Source of the DNA: Armatimonadota bacterium | GTDB lineage: Bacteria > Armatimonadota > UBA10988 | NCBI GenBank assembly: GCA_016235455.1 | Contig: JACRKZ010000038.1 | Location: 1-35,567 of the forward strand | Length of the DNA stretch: 35,567 bases | Direction: 5' to 3' | Shown here: one piece after another, positions 1 through 9,191 of the stretch | How the letters are laid out: the number at the start of each line of letters is the position of its first letter | Position numbering within the stretch: the stretch's first letter is position 1 | The notes under the pieces: model-generated | What the model was told of the DNA's origin: nothing | Databases searched by the model: none | What the model saw: only the letters and a program-made list of their open reading frames with translations | Program-made: the position numbers and the translations under genes

Positions 1-1
1 T

Positions 2-514
2 GCGCTGTCGCTCTTTGGCCACTGCGTCATGGACGGGCTGCAATGCTGGGATATCGGCACGCGCTACAGCGAGGAGCTGGCCGACTACTCGGACTGGACG
101 GCCAATGAGCCGGCAGTCAAGCGCAGCATCGGCGGCAGCGATGAGGCGGTCTACTACTATCTGAAGTACTTCGGCCTGTACAACTACCACGTGCTGGGCA
201 TGTGGCAGGCCAGCGCGAACAAGGACATCATTGACGCGGCGACGACCTGGGAGATGCCCGAGGTGTGGACCTCGACCGGCAACGCCTGGCGTGTGGGCGA
301 CGAACGCTATCCCAGCTATGTCAACTTCCACCACGAGCCGCTGGCGCGGGTGAAGCTGTCGGCCGACGGCCAGACGCTGCTGGCGATCGCCTGCAACCCG
401 TACAACACGGGCGTGCAGCAGGTGCGTCTGCGTCGGCCGGGCGACGCGCGCGAGGTGGCACTGACGCTGGTCGGCGACTACCCGGCGGTCCGGCGGTTCG
501 CGCTGGCGCCGTAG
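2..514 (+). CDS. Hypothetical protein, C-terminal part (5' truncated by the window edge)
   Basis: The frame of ORF 29..514 is open back to base 2 (ALSLFGHCVMDG...). It has GC3-rich codon usage and a Trp/Tyr-rich sequence, ends in TAG at 512-514 and is followed by a hairpin. No family recognised. Confidence 0.75.
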   Translation, partial: ALSLFGHCVMDGLQCWDIGTRYSEELADYSDWTANEPAVKRSIGGSDEAVYYYLKYFGLYNYHVLGMWQASANKDIIDAATTWEMPEVWTSTGNAWRVGDERYPSYVNFHHEPLARVKLSADGQTLLAIACNPYNTGVQQVRLRRPGDAREVALTLVGDYPAVRRFALAP

Positions 515-538
515 GCATTGGGCCGATCACGAGAGAGA

Positions 539-587
539 ACCGAGGACGCAGTGGCGCATCGGCGATGTCCGCCCCTGCGTCCTCGGT
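539..587. terminator. Long hairpin between convergent genes, probable bidirectional terminator
   Basis: ACCGAGGACGCAG (539-551) pairs with CTGCGTCCTCGGT (575-587), with inner GGCG/CGCC and CATC/GATG pairs. No U-tract. Confidence 0.6.
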
Positions 588-637
588 AGCCGCTCCTGCT
601 CTGGTTGCGCCGGCCGTCTGGCCGGGAGCCAGCCAGA

Positions 638-970
638 TCAGAACACTAGCAGCATCAGCACGATGGCGCCGAGGCCCAGCAGCCCCACGAGCAGCGTGGC
701 GCAGCCGCCCTTGGCCGCGACGGGCGTCGCGTCGGTGGCCACGGGCACGGGAGCGGGCTCCTCGACCACCTGGATCACCTGGGGCTCGGCGGGCGCTGGC
801 TCGGCGACCGGCTCTTCGACAACCGCTTCGTCTTCGGCCGGCGTTTCGGGCGGCGCATCAAGCACTTCCTGGGCCGCGGCGGCCAGTTCGGCAATGTCGT
901 CGGCCGAATACGAGGTCACCTCGGCGTCGTCCGAACTCGTGTCCATCGAGCTGTCCAATCCGTCGTCCAT
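638..970 (-). CDS. Small acidic, low-complexity protein with a C-terminal KGGC + transmembrane tail
   Basis: GAAGGGAGAAGG purine-rich RBS before the ATG; D/E/P/A-rich body; ends KGGCATLLVGLLGLGAIVLMLLVF. Confidence 0.8.
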   Translation of the reverse strand: MDDGLDSSMDTSSDDAEVTSYSADDIAELAAAAQEVLDAPPETPAEDEAVVEEPVAEPAPAEPQVIQVVEEPAPVPVATDATPVAAKGGCATLLVGLLGLGAIVLMLLVF

Positions 971-1049
971 ACGACCTTCTCCCTTCGCGAACGTTCAGGT
1001 TGCCCAACGCTTCGGCACACGGCGCGAGTTTCCTTCAAGACACCCAAAG

Positions 1050-1082
1050 CACGCCGGCCCAGTGGGCAACCGGGCCGGCGTG
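1050..1082 (-). terminator. Hairpin downstream of the prepilin gene
   Basis: CACGCCGGCCC (1050-1060) and GGGCCGGCGTG (1072-1082) form a perfect 11-bp stem, followed on the minus strand by CTTT. Confidence 0.55.
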
Positions 1083-1143
1083 TGTTCCTTGGGTTATCGT
1101 GACGCTGGCCCGAGGGTCCAGCGTTCTGGGTTGGAGGTGCGCC

Positions 1144-1980
1144 TCAGTAGATGGGCGCGTTGGTGGTCAGCGAGTAGAACCGCGTGCCCCACAGCTTGTT
1201 CTTGAGCGCCTGGTCGAACTTCATCCACTTGACGTGGCCGTCGGCGAAGCAGTAGTTGCTGCCGCCTGTGTGGCGGTCGGGCGACGTGTACTTGATGTGG
1301 GCCTCGCCCTCACCCAGCGGCGCGGTGGCGGCGGCGGCGGCAGCGAACGCGGCTTGCGCCTCGCCCGCGGTCAGCGTGTTGTAGCTGGCAGCGGCGCCGG
1401 CGTCATTGTCCCAGGGGTTGGTGGCGTTGGCCGGGCGGTGGCTCTTGAGCGCCGCGCCCGAGGCGCCGGAGCTGCCGCCGACCGCCATCGGGTAGTCGGT
1501 CATGTCGGTGAGCGCGATGAGCTCGGCCGGCGCGTCGACCGCGGCCATGTTGACCGATCGGAAGTGAGCGCGCGGGCGGCCCATCAGCACTTCGTTGCTG
1601 ACGTAGCTGAGCGCGGGCACTTGGTAGTCGAAGGTGTTGGTCGGTGCCAGACCCTTGTTCTTGTCGCTGGGGCAGACGAAGACCTGCTGGCTCTTGATGT
1701 AGCCCTGGGCCACATACGACCAGTGGAAGTAGCCGCCGGCGCCACTGGCGCCGTTCACGTAGTAGTAGCTGTACGGGAACGACTCGTCGTAGTCCTGCAC
1801 ATACATCATCAGCGCCGTGCCCAGCTGCTTGAGGTTGCTCGAACAGCTCGACGTGCGCGCCTTCTCACGCGCCTTGGCGAAGACGGGGAACAGAATGGCG
1901 GCCAGGATCGCAATGATCGCGATGACCACCAACAGCTCGATCAGGGTGAACGCTTTGCGCCGCGTCCGGATGCTCTGCAT
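1144..1980 (-). CDS. Prepilin-type N-terminal cleavage/methylation protein with DUF1559-like domain and H-X9-DG C-terminal motif
   Basis: Basic leader RRKA|[32 protein letters not shown], then [23 protein letters not shown] and [16 protein letters not shown] (H-X9-DG). RBS GAGGGAG. Confidence 0.95.
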   Translation of the reverse strand: MQSIRTRRKAFTLIELLVVIAIIAILAAILFPVFAKAREKARTSSCSSNLKQLGTALMMYVQDYDESFPYSYYYVNGASGAGGYFHWSYVAQGYIKSQQVFVCPSDKNKGLAPTNTFDYQVPALSYVSNEVLMGRPRAHFRSVNMAAVDAPAELIALTDMTDYPMAVGGSSGASGAALKSHRPANATNPWDNDAGAAASYNTLTAGEAQAAFAAAAAATAPLGEGEAHIKYTSPDRHTGGSNYCFADGHVKWMKFDQALKNKLWGTRFYSLTTNAPIY

Positions 1981-2264
1981 GACAATCTCTCCCTCGGGTC
2001 CAGGGTCGCCGCATGGCGACTTTGCCTCTGACCTTCCGACGCCAACACGTTAGGCCGACACGGTGAGCGGGAAACTGGGGAGGTGTTGATGTTGCGCTAG
2101 ACTAGACTAACGCGGCCTTAGTGGGGAGCACGCGCGGTCGGAGCGTAGGGCGGCGTCCGCGTCCGAGTTGCCAAGCGTTTTCGGCGGCATGAAGGGATTG
2201 TGTCGCGGTCGTCGAATCGTGCGGAAGCAGGGCGCTGGGCAACGAGCGCCAAGGAGGAAGGCAC

Positions 2265-3611
2265 GTGAAGGAAAAGCCCGTCGCGGCGCCGTCTAACGAC
2301 GGTATGGACAAGCCGAAACTGTTTCTACTCAGCGTCATCGCGCTGGTCACCGCCGGCATGGTATTCAGCATCCGCGGCGGCGTGCTGGCCGATCTGCAGA
2401 AGGAGTTCTTCGAACCGATCAACGCGGTGACCGCGGCCACCATGGTGACCAAAGTCGCTGGCTATGCGTTCCTCGGCTTCGCCGTGTCGGTGCTGATCGC
2501 CAGCCCGCTGTGCGACTTCCTCGGCATGGGTCGGCTGCTGACCCTGGCAGGTGCGCTCCACATCCTGGGCACGCTGGCCACCATTTTCGCGCCGCACAAC
2601 GCCAGCGCCAACATGGTGTTGTCGCTGAGCATGATCTCCGTCGGTCTGGCCCACGGTCTGGTGGAGGCGGTCATCAATCCGCTCATCGCCACCATCTACG
2701 CCGATGACAAGACACACCGGCTCAACGTGCTCCATGCCTGGTGGCCCGGCGGCATCATCATCGGTGGCTTGATCAGCGCCACGCCGCTGCCCTGGCAGGC
2801 CAAGATGGCCTCGGCGCTCATCCCGGCGGTGATCTATGTGATCATGATCATCAGCAACCGCTTCCCCGCCACCGAGCGCGTGCAGGCCGGCGTCTCCAAC
2901 GAAGAGATGATCCGCACCGCCTTCAGCCCCGCGTTCATCCTGCTCCTGGCCTGCATGATGCTGACCGCCTCGTCGGAACTGGCCCCCGGCCAGTGGGTCG
3001 ACACGGCACTGAGCAAGGCCGCCGGCTTCAAGGGCATCTTGCTGCTGGTCTACGTGTCCGGCCTGATGTTCGTCATGCGGCACTTCGCCGGCTCGCTGGC
3101 GCACCGACTCTCGCCCATCGGCCTGCTCTGGGCCTCCTGCCTGATGGCCACCCTCGGCCTGTTCATGCTCAGCCAGGCGCATAGCGGCTTGACCGCGATC
3201 GTCGCTGCCACCATCTGGGGTATCGGCGTGTGCTACATGTGGCCGACCATGCTGGGCGTCACCAGCGAGCGCTTCGCCAAGGGCGGCGCGCTGGCCTTGG
3301 GCCTCATGGGCTCCGTGGGCAACCTGGCCATCTACTTCGCCCTGCCGGCCATCGGGCGCGTCTATGACGCTGCCAAGGTGGCGGCCGCCGGCGGCGAGAT
3401 GGCCTTCAAGGCGGCCGAGGCCGCCCTGAAGACCGGCGGTCCCGCGGCGCAGACGACCATGGACAGCTTCCTGGCCATCGCCTCGACCAAGTCGTTCCAG
3501 TTCGTGGCCATGCTGCCGGCGGTGTTGATCATCGTCTTCGGCCTGTGGTGGCTGAGCGACAAGGCCAAGGGCGGCTACAAGGCCGAGAACCTGCTCGCTG
3601 ACAGCGAGTAG
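2265..3611 (+). CDS. MFS transporter, probably for a sugar
   Basis: About 12 hydrophobic segments, an MFS loop motif (SPLCDFLGMGR) and LNVLHAWWPGG. Strong RBS AAGGAGG before GTG 2265; alternative ATG at 2304. Confidence 0.9.
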   Translation: MKEKPVAAPSNDGMDKPKLFLLSVIALVTAGMVFSIRGGVLADLQKEFFEPINAVTAATMVTKVAGYAFLGFAVSVLIASPLCDFLGMGRLLTLAGALHILGTLATIFAPHNASANMVLSLSMISVGLAHGLVEAVINPLIATIYADDKTHRLNVLHAWWPGGIIIGGLISATPLPWQAKMASALIPAVIYVIMIISNRFPATERVQAGVSNEEMIRTAFSPAFILLLACMMLTASSELAPGQWVDTALSKAAGFKGILLLVYVSGLMFVMRHFAGSLAHRLSPIGLLWASCLMATLGLFMLSQAHSGLTAIVAATIWGIGVCYMWPTMLGVTSERFAKGGALALGLMGSVGNLAIYFALPAIGRVYDAAKVAAAGGEMAFKAAEAALKTGGPAAQTTMDSFLAIASTKSFQFVAMLPAVLIIVFGLWWLSDKAKGGYKAENLLADSE

Positions 3612-3632
3612 CCTCGGCTCGGACCAGCACAA

Positions 3633-3662
3633 CACGAGCGGCCACCCCGGTGGCCGCTCGTG
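3633..3662 (+). terminator. Hairpin after the MFS gene
   Basis: CACGAGCGGCCACC / GGTGGCCGCTCGTG perfect inverted repeat about 20 nt after the stop, followed by CTCATTT. Confidence 0.7.
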
Positions 3663-3741
3663 CTCATTTGGGTCGATCCCGCAACTGTTGCGGAGATGTG
3701 GCAAACGTACCCCAGACAGCGCGGCAGGGCCCTTCCCACCA

Positions 3742-3750
3742 TGCTAGACT
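3742..3750 (+). promoter_or_regulatory. Extended -10 element (TGnTAGACT) for the receiver gene
   Basis: TGCTAGACT about 55 nt upstream of the start. The same 9-mer occurs on the minus strand at 31752-31760, upstream of another gene. Confidence 0.55.
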
Positions 3751-3804
3751 GCCAATGGTCGACCCCGGCAACCGAGCCTGCGCCGGCCGGCTGACGGGAG
3801 CAGT

Positions 3805-4197
3805 GTGGTGGTCGAGGAAGCGAACGCCGCGGGTGGCACTGGGCATCGCGTTCTGGTGGTCGACGACGAAGGGGCGGTCCGGCGCATCACCGCGCGCCGC
3901 CTGACCAGCCTGGGCTGCACCGTCGTGCAGGCCTGCGATGGCCAGGAAGCCTTGGCCTCGCTCCTCGCGGACGGGCCGTTCGACCTGATCCTCACCGACC
4001 ACGCCATGCCTGGCATGACCGGGCTCGAACTGGCCGCGCAGCTACGCTCGCGGCAGCCCGGCGTCGCCATCATCCTGACCACCGGCATGAGCGCCGATCT
4101 CGACCAGGCGACGCTGGTCGGCCAGCCCATCAGCGATGTGCTGCTCAAGCCCTATACCACCAACGAACTCTATGCCGCGGTGCGCCGCCTGCTCTAG
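3805..4197 (+). CDS. Single-domain response regulator (receiver only)
   Basis: VLVVDDE, DLILTDHAMPGMTG (phospho-Asp), LTTG and LLKP motifs; GGGAG RBS. Confidence 0.9.
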   Translation: MVVEEANAAGGTGHRVLVVDDEGAVRRITARRLTSLGCTVVQACDGQEALASLLADGPFDLILTDHAMPGMTGLELAAQLRSRQPGVAIILTTGMSADLDQATLVGQPISDVLLKPYTTNELYAAVRRLL

Positions 4198-4250
4198 AGC
4201 TTGCGTCGGCGGCCGGCAGGAGATCCGCCGCGCCGCGCCAAGTCACCGCC

Positions 4251-5214
4251 ATGGACCCCATCCTGGCACTGCTCTGCATGACCCTCGGCGCGCCCACCAC
4301 GCTGCTCATGGGCGGCGACGTCTCCATGCTCGCCCGCAACGAGGAACTCGGCGCGGTCTACCGCATCGACGGCCAGCCCCGGCCCTCGCTCGAACTGCTG
4401 CGCGCCAGCGGCTGGAACTGCCTGCGGCTGCGGCTGTTCGTCGCGCCGGACGGCCGGGGCGGCGTGGTGCAGGACCTGCCCTACACCATCGCCCTGGCCC
4501 AGCGCATCCGGCAGGCTGGATTCCAGCTCCTGCTCGACCTGCACTACTCGGACACCTGGGCCGACCCGCAGAAGCAGACCAAGCCCGCGGCGAGCCGCCG
4601 GTGTCACGCCCGAGTATGTGCAGGTGGGCAACGAGATCACGCCGGGACTGCTCTGGCCCGACGGCCGCTCGGACCACGCCGACACGTTCGGTGCCCTGCT
4701 GCGCGCGGGCGTACGCGGCGTGAAGCGCGACGCCGTCGCGGGCGAACAGGTGCGCATCGTCATCCACGCCGACTGCGGCGGCGATGCCGGCCGCACCAGG
4801 TGGTTCTACGACCGCGTGCTGGCCCAGCAGGTGCCGTTCGATGTCATCGGCCTCAGCTACTACCCGTGGTGGCACGGCCCGCTGGACAAGCTGACTGCCA
4901 ACATGAGCGCCTGCGCCAAGGCCTACGGCAGGCCGGTGTGGGTGGTGGAGACGGCCTACCCGTACACCAACCCCGAGTACTGGGACAAACAGCCGAACGT
5001 GCCCTGGCCCATCTCGCCCGAGGGGCAGAGCCACTTCCTCACCGACCTGGCCGCCGCGGTGCGCGCGGTGCCCGACGGCCTGGGCCTGGGCGTGCTCTAC
5101 TGGTTCCCCGAGTCGGTGGCGCTGCCCAACCAGTACACCTGGAACGGGGGTGCGACGGCGCTGTTCGATCATGAGGGCAACCGGCTGCCGGGGGCGCTGG
5201 CGTTGCATCCGTAG
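4251..5214 (+). pseudogene. Arabinogalactan endo-beta-1,4-galactanase (GH53) split by an internal deletion with frameshift near 4590
   Basis: First frame: GGDVS, RLRLFVAP, LLLDLHYSDTWADPQKQTKPA. Second frame resumes RAAGVTPEYVQVGNEI (acid/base Glu), FDVIGLSYYPWWHG, VVETAYP (nucleophile), GLGVLYWFPE, ALFD. The roughly 25-residue segment normally between these parts is absent. Could be an assembly artefact. Confidence 0.85.
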
Positions 5215-5233
5215 AAGCACGCTGTGCGGCACG

Positions 5234-6151
5234 CTAGCGCCAAGGCACCAGACCGGCCAGCCGCCGACGCACTGCCAATGCGAGGTCCCAGTCGGCAGGC
5301 AGCGACTCGTCCTCGAAGCACCAGCAAAGGCTGAGCACCCCATCGACCAGCCCCGCGGCGGCCACATGCTCACGGGCGTAGCCCAGTTCGTCGGCAAAGA
5401 TGGCCACGCGCCGCGCCAGCACCGCGCCGCGGTCGCCGCTGGGCAACTGGTTGTGCAGGTAGCGCCCGACCTCGAGCACGGCCGGGCCGATGACGCCCTT
5501 GGGGTCAATGGCCAGCCAGCCCAGATGCGCGTCGTGCAGGATGTTGGCGTGGTGCAGGTCGCCGTGTAGCAGCACGTCGGGCGCACCGTCGGCCAGCCGC
5601 TCGAAGGCGTGCTCGGCCTGGCTCAGCAGGTCGCGCGGCATCCGCGCTCCTGGGTCCCACTGCTCGCGTGTCAGCCGCAGCGCCCGCTCCAGCCAGTGCT
5701 CGAACCGTGGCAGGTCCGCGACATCGGTCGCCGGGCCGGCCAGCCGGCGCATGACACCGGCGGCGATGCGCGTCGCGCGATCGTCGTCACCCAGTTCCGA
5801 CAGCATGGTGCCCGGCGCCACCCGCGCCAGCAGCAGCGCCCCGAGGGGCACGTCGGCATCGAGCAGTGCGACGGCGCCGCGCCCGGCGAACCGCCTCAGC
5901 GCCGCCATCTCGGTGAACAGCTCGGCGTGCGGCACGCCGACCTTGAGCGCCACAACGCGACCGTCGCCGGTGTGCGTCAACTCCAGGTAGTTCAGGCTCA
6001 TGTGCGGCGAGGCCACGCCGACCGCCAGATCCCACCGCTGCCGGCACGCCGCGACGATGGCCGGCAGGCGCGGCAGCCAGTCGCGACCGGCATCGCCGAA
6101 GACGCGGCCGATGGTGGCAACGAACTGGGGCGGCAGGTCGAGCGTGGGCAC
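5234..6151 (-). CDS. Aminoglycoside/hydroxyurea resistance kinase family protein (APH(6)/StrB-like phosphotransferase)
   Basis: WLPRLP..RW, VALK, LLHGDLHHANIL (Brenner motif) and WLAIDPKGVIG. AGGAG RBS overlaps the upstream stop. Substrate unknown. Confidence 0.88.
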   Translation of the reverse strand: MPTLDLPPQFVATIGRVFGDAGRDWLPRLPAIVAACRQRWDLAVGVASPHMSLNYLELTHTGDGRVVALKVGVPHAELFTEMAALRRFAGRGAVALLDADVPLGALLLARVAPGTMLSELGDDDRATRIAAGVMRRLAGPATDVADLPRFEHWLERALRLTREQWDPGARMPRDLLSQAEHAFERLADGAPDVLLHGDLHHANILHDAHLGWLAIDPKGVIGPAVLEVGRYLHNQLPSGDRGAVLARRVAIFADELGYAREHVAAAGLVDGVLSLCWCFEDESLPADWDLALAVRRRLAGLVPWR

Positions 6152-6163
6152 GCATCGCTCCTA

Positions 6164-7234
6164 TCAGAGGCGCAGCTGCCGCGTGTCGGGCGGCACGTCC
6201 AGGTCCAGCCAGCGCCAGCCGTCCGAGAGGCCCTGAGCCAGCACCGTTGCGCCGTCAACCGTCACCGGCGCCTCACTGTCGACCTTGAGCCGCAGCCAAC
6301 GGCCGAGGCGCCGTGCCGGCAGGTCGAGCACCGCGCCACGCACCGTCGTGCCGAGGTGGTAGGTCAACTGGCTCAGCCAACGCGCGGTGTCCGGCGCCAA
6401 CATGCGGTCGGGCCGCTGGTCGTAGGGCGCCAGCAGGCCGACCCAGCCGGCCACGACCTCGTCGTTGCGCGCCGGATCGAGATGCAGCAGGTTGGGCCAG
6501 TGCATACCGCACACCGGACCCAGCACCTCGCCGCTCGGCGCCTGACCCAGCGCGTGCCAGGGCAGCAGGTCGCGACCGCGATCGACCACGGGCAGGCCGT
6601 CATCCCAGTCCAGGCAGGTGCCGCCCCGGGCACCGACCATGCGGCCGTAGGGCGTGCTGACCGAGGTGATGCCGTACTCGGCCAGGAGCGGGGCAAGGCC
6701 GCCGCCGAGCGTATAGAGGAAGGCGCAAGGCACGAACGCGGTGGGCACCGGCCCGAGCCTGTTCTCGGCCCAGATGGCCAGGAAGGCATCGAGATGCGCG
6801 CGCACGGCGGCGGCCGGCCTCATGCCGTCCGGGCCGAACCACTCGGCGCGGCTCATGCCTTGCTCGTCCCACCACTCATGGCCCACACCATGCAGGACAG
6901 GCTCGAAGTCGCCCGCGCGGACGATCGACGCCGCCTCGTCCAGCCATGGCCCGACCCAGCGGTTACGCCATTCGGCGCCCATCCACTGCGACGAGGGCAC
7001 GCCGCGCAGCCGGTCGGTTCGATCCCACTCGCACAGCACCATGGCGGCCTGCGGCTTCACGCCCAGCCGGCGACCCAACGTGGCGATGGCCGCGTAGTCG
7101 GCCGGCACATGGTCGCGGGCGATGCCCGTGCGGTAGGGCTCGCCGCGCTGGTGGCCGTCCGCGCCCGACCACCAGCCCACATCGTCGATAACGATCTGGA
7201 TGGGCAACGGCACCGAGACCGCGCGATCAGCCAC
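6164..7234 (-). CDS. Hypothetical protein with a possible NodB/polysaccharide deacetylase-like fold
   Basis: IVIDDVGW, LHGVGHE, FVPC and MHWPN resemble the DD, HxxxH, FxxP and late His motifs of CE4-like barrels. The start overlaps the upstream stop. Confidence 0.65.
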   Translation of the reverse strand: MADRAVSVPLPIQIVIDDVGWWSGADGHQRGEPYRTGIARDHVPADYAAIATLGRRLGVKPQAAMVLCEWDRTDRLRGVPSSQWMGAEWRNRWVGPWLDEAASIVRAGDFEPVLHGVGHEWWDEQGMSRAEWFGPDGMRPAAAVRAHLDAFLAIWAENRLGPVPTAFVPCAFLYTLGGGLAPLLAEYGITSVSTPYGRMVGARGGTCLDWDDGLPVVDRGRDLLPWHALGQAPSGEVLGPVCGMHWPNLLHLDPARNDEVVAGWVGLLAPYDQRPDRMLAPDTARWLSQLTYHLGTTVRGAVLDLPARRLGRWLRLKVDSEAPVTVDGATVLAQGLSDGWRWLDLDVPPDTRQLRL

Positions 7235-9191
7235 GACCCACCCGCAGTACCGCCGCGTCGTTGGGCGCGATGGCCACCGTGCCGTCGGCCGCGACGCTGC
7301 CGCGCAGCGGCTCGCCCCACGACCAGCCGGGCGACAGCGCCAGCCGGTCGATCAGCTCGGCGGGCGAATGGTTGATGGCGATGATCACGCGCTCGCCCGA
7401 CGGCAACTCATGCTCGGTGACGGCCAGCGCCGGTGCCGACTTGCTCACCGCGCGCTGGGCCAGCAGGTCGGCGGCCACATGGCGGTAGATGCGCCAGGAC
7501 TGCGGCGCATCGTCGGCGTGGAAGCTGCCAGGCGTCTGGGTGTGCCACATCTCGATGGGCGCATTGAGGAAGAACACGCGCCCCCGGCCGTAGCTGGCCA
7601 CGGTGAAGGCCGGGCTGCCGTCGGCCTCGGTGCCGAGCACCTGCGCGTGCGTCACGCGGTGACGGACCCGGTGGCTGCCGCAGCCCGGCAGGCTCGGCTC
7701 ACCGAACACGCCGGACAGCGTGATCGGCTCGAACTCACGCCGGCGCTCGCGGGTCTGCGGCTCCAGGCCGACCACGGGCTCGAACCCGCTGGGCAGGCCG
7801 TCGGCCAGCGACAGATAGAGCGTGGCGCCCTCTTCCACGCGTGCCAGCAGTTCCAGCCAGCGCCGACGCGGGAGGATGAGGTGGCCGCTGAGGCATGGCA
7901 GCAGGTACAGCGACGCCTCGGGCAGCGGCTGGTCGACGTAGGCGAAGCGCAGGTCCAGCCCGGCCTGTTTGGCCAGCACGAAGCTGCTGTAGGCCACGCC
8001 CCATTGGTCCTGGCCCTGGGTCAGCAGACACACCGCCTCGGGCTCGCGCGGCGGCAGTGCCGGGAACGGCAGGCCATCGAGGAAGCGGCGGAAGGCGGTG
8101 ATCTCGCCGAGCACCGGCTTGGGGCTGCGGTCCAGCCGCATCAGCCCCAGCTCGCGCTCCACCGCGCACCAGTCGTACGGCGCATGGGCTAGATGCGACT
8201 GCTCGTGGGCACACCACCAGAACAGCCCGTGGCAGTCGTTGGCCCACAGCGAGAACAGGCAGGTGCGGACAAAGTCGGCGGCGACCGCCTCGCTGGCGAT
8301 CATCGGCCCCAGCGTGCCGATCTCCTGGCACAGGCACGGCTGCCCGCCGAGATCGGCGTAGTAGCGCGACTCCGCGGTGCCGTGCAGCGAGGTGCGCAGC
8401 GTGTTCACCGGATCCTGGTCGCAATGCGGCGTGAACACCGGATAGGGATGCGTGCAGAGCAGGTCGGTCCACTCGCCCTGGTCGGCGGCAGTCCAGGCGC
8501 CGCCGGGCGACAACGAGTGCATGCCCGAGACCACCGGCCGCGTCGGGTCGGCGCAGCGGATGGCGTTGGAGATGGTCGCGGTCCACACCGCGGCCTGCTC
8601 GCGCGTGGCGCTGCCCATGCAGTTGCACTCGTTGCCCAGATCCCAGCCGGCCACGGCGGGATGTCCCTTGAACCGGCCGACAAAGGCGCGGATGAAGCGC
8701 AGCTCCCACTCGATGGCCACGGGATCGGTCAGCGGGTTGCGGCCGGCCAGCCCGGGCGGCATGTACAGGCGCCCGCTCATCCAGCCGGTCAGCAGGCCGA
8801 CCAGCAGGCGCAGGCCATGCTCGTGGGCCAGGTCACAGAGCTTGCCGAAGCGCTCCATGGCCACCAGCGACAGGCCGGCGCGGCCCAATCGCGTGTCAGC
8901 CAGGGGCGCCTCGGCCCAGCGGAACTCGACGCGGTGGCCACCGCCACCATAGAGCTGTTCGATGGGCTGGAAGTCGGGCCACAGCGGAAAGACCCGCAGC
9001 ACCTGCAGCCCGGATTCGGCCAACGCCTTGAGGTCATCGGCGACGACCTGCGCATCCCAGTCGGCCCACATGCGCGTCCCGGCATGGGACGCCCAGTAGT
9101 TGCAGCCGACCAGGAATCGGCCGGGCTGGGTCAGATCCGATTGCACCATCTCGCTTGGCTCCGCTGCCGGCGAGACTTCACCGCGACGCAC
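7227..9191 (-). CDS. Clan GH-A glycoside hydrolase (GH5-like beta-mannanase/mannosidase) with C-terminal accessory domains
   Basis: GCNYW, LRVFPLWPDFQP, LLTGWMSG, GWDLGNE (acid/base), THPYP, QEIG (nucleophile), WWCAHEQ, ERELGL. No signal peptide. Start is uncertain (9191 or a later ATG). Confidence 0.85.
   Translation of the reverse strand: MRRGEVSPAAEPSEMVQSDLTQPGRFLVGCNYWASHAGTRMWADWDAQVVADDLKALAESGLQVLRVFPLWPDFQPIEQLYGGGGHRVEFRWAEAPLADTRLGRAGLSLVAMERFGKLCDLAHEHGLRLLVGLLTGWMSGRLYMPPGLAGRNPLTDPVAIEWELRFIRAFVGRFKGHPAVAGWDLGNECNCMGSATREQAAVWTATISNAIRCADPTRPVVSGMHSLSPGGAWTAADQGEWTDLLCTHPYPVFTPHCDQDPVNTLRTSLHGTAESRYYADLGGQPCLCQEIGTLGPMIASEAVAADFVRTCLFSLWANDCHGLFWWCAHEQSHLAHAPYDWCAVERELGLMRLDRSPKPVLGEITAFRRFLDGLPFPALPPREPEAVCLLTQGQDQWGVAYSSFVLAKQAGLDLRFAYVDQPLPEASLYLLPCLSGHLILPRRRWLELLARVEEGATLYLSLADGLPSGFEPVVGLEPQTRERRREFEPITLSGVFGEPSLPGCGSHRVRHRVTHAQVLGTEADGSPAFTVASYGRGRVFFLNAPIEMWHTQTPGSFHADDAPQSWRIYRHVAADLLAQRAVSKSAPALAVTEHELPSGERVIIAINHSPAELIDRLALSPGWSWGEPLRGSVAADGTVAIAPNDAAVLRVGRG

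Noticed and set aside
265-2031. 588-aa plus-strand ORF and many other long overlapping ORFs (e.g. 5609-7375, 19390-21354, 26442-27776)
   Set aside because: Shadow ORFs antisense to or out of frame with well-supported genes. They are Arg/Ala/Gly/Pro-rich with no motifs, as expected at this GC content.
1995-2065. c-di-GMP-I riboswitch-like words (GGCAAA, CGGCCTAA) in the pilin leader on the minus strand
   Set aside because: The words occur in the wrong order, and the GNRA tetraloop and GACGCAAAG junction are missing, so it was not called as a riboswitch.
4251-5214. Programmed ribosomal frameshift or intron explaining the GH53 and hybrid-kinase breaks
   Set aside because: Conserved coding sequence is missing rather than extra, and there is no slippery heptamer at either junction.
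5234-6151. Calling the kinase strB/aph(6), an acquired resistance gene
   Set aside because: Only family-level motifs are visible, codon usage is host-like and there is no mobile context. The substrate is unknown.
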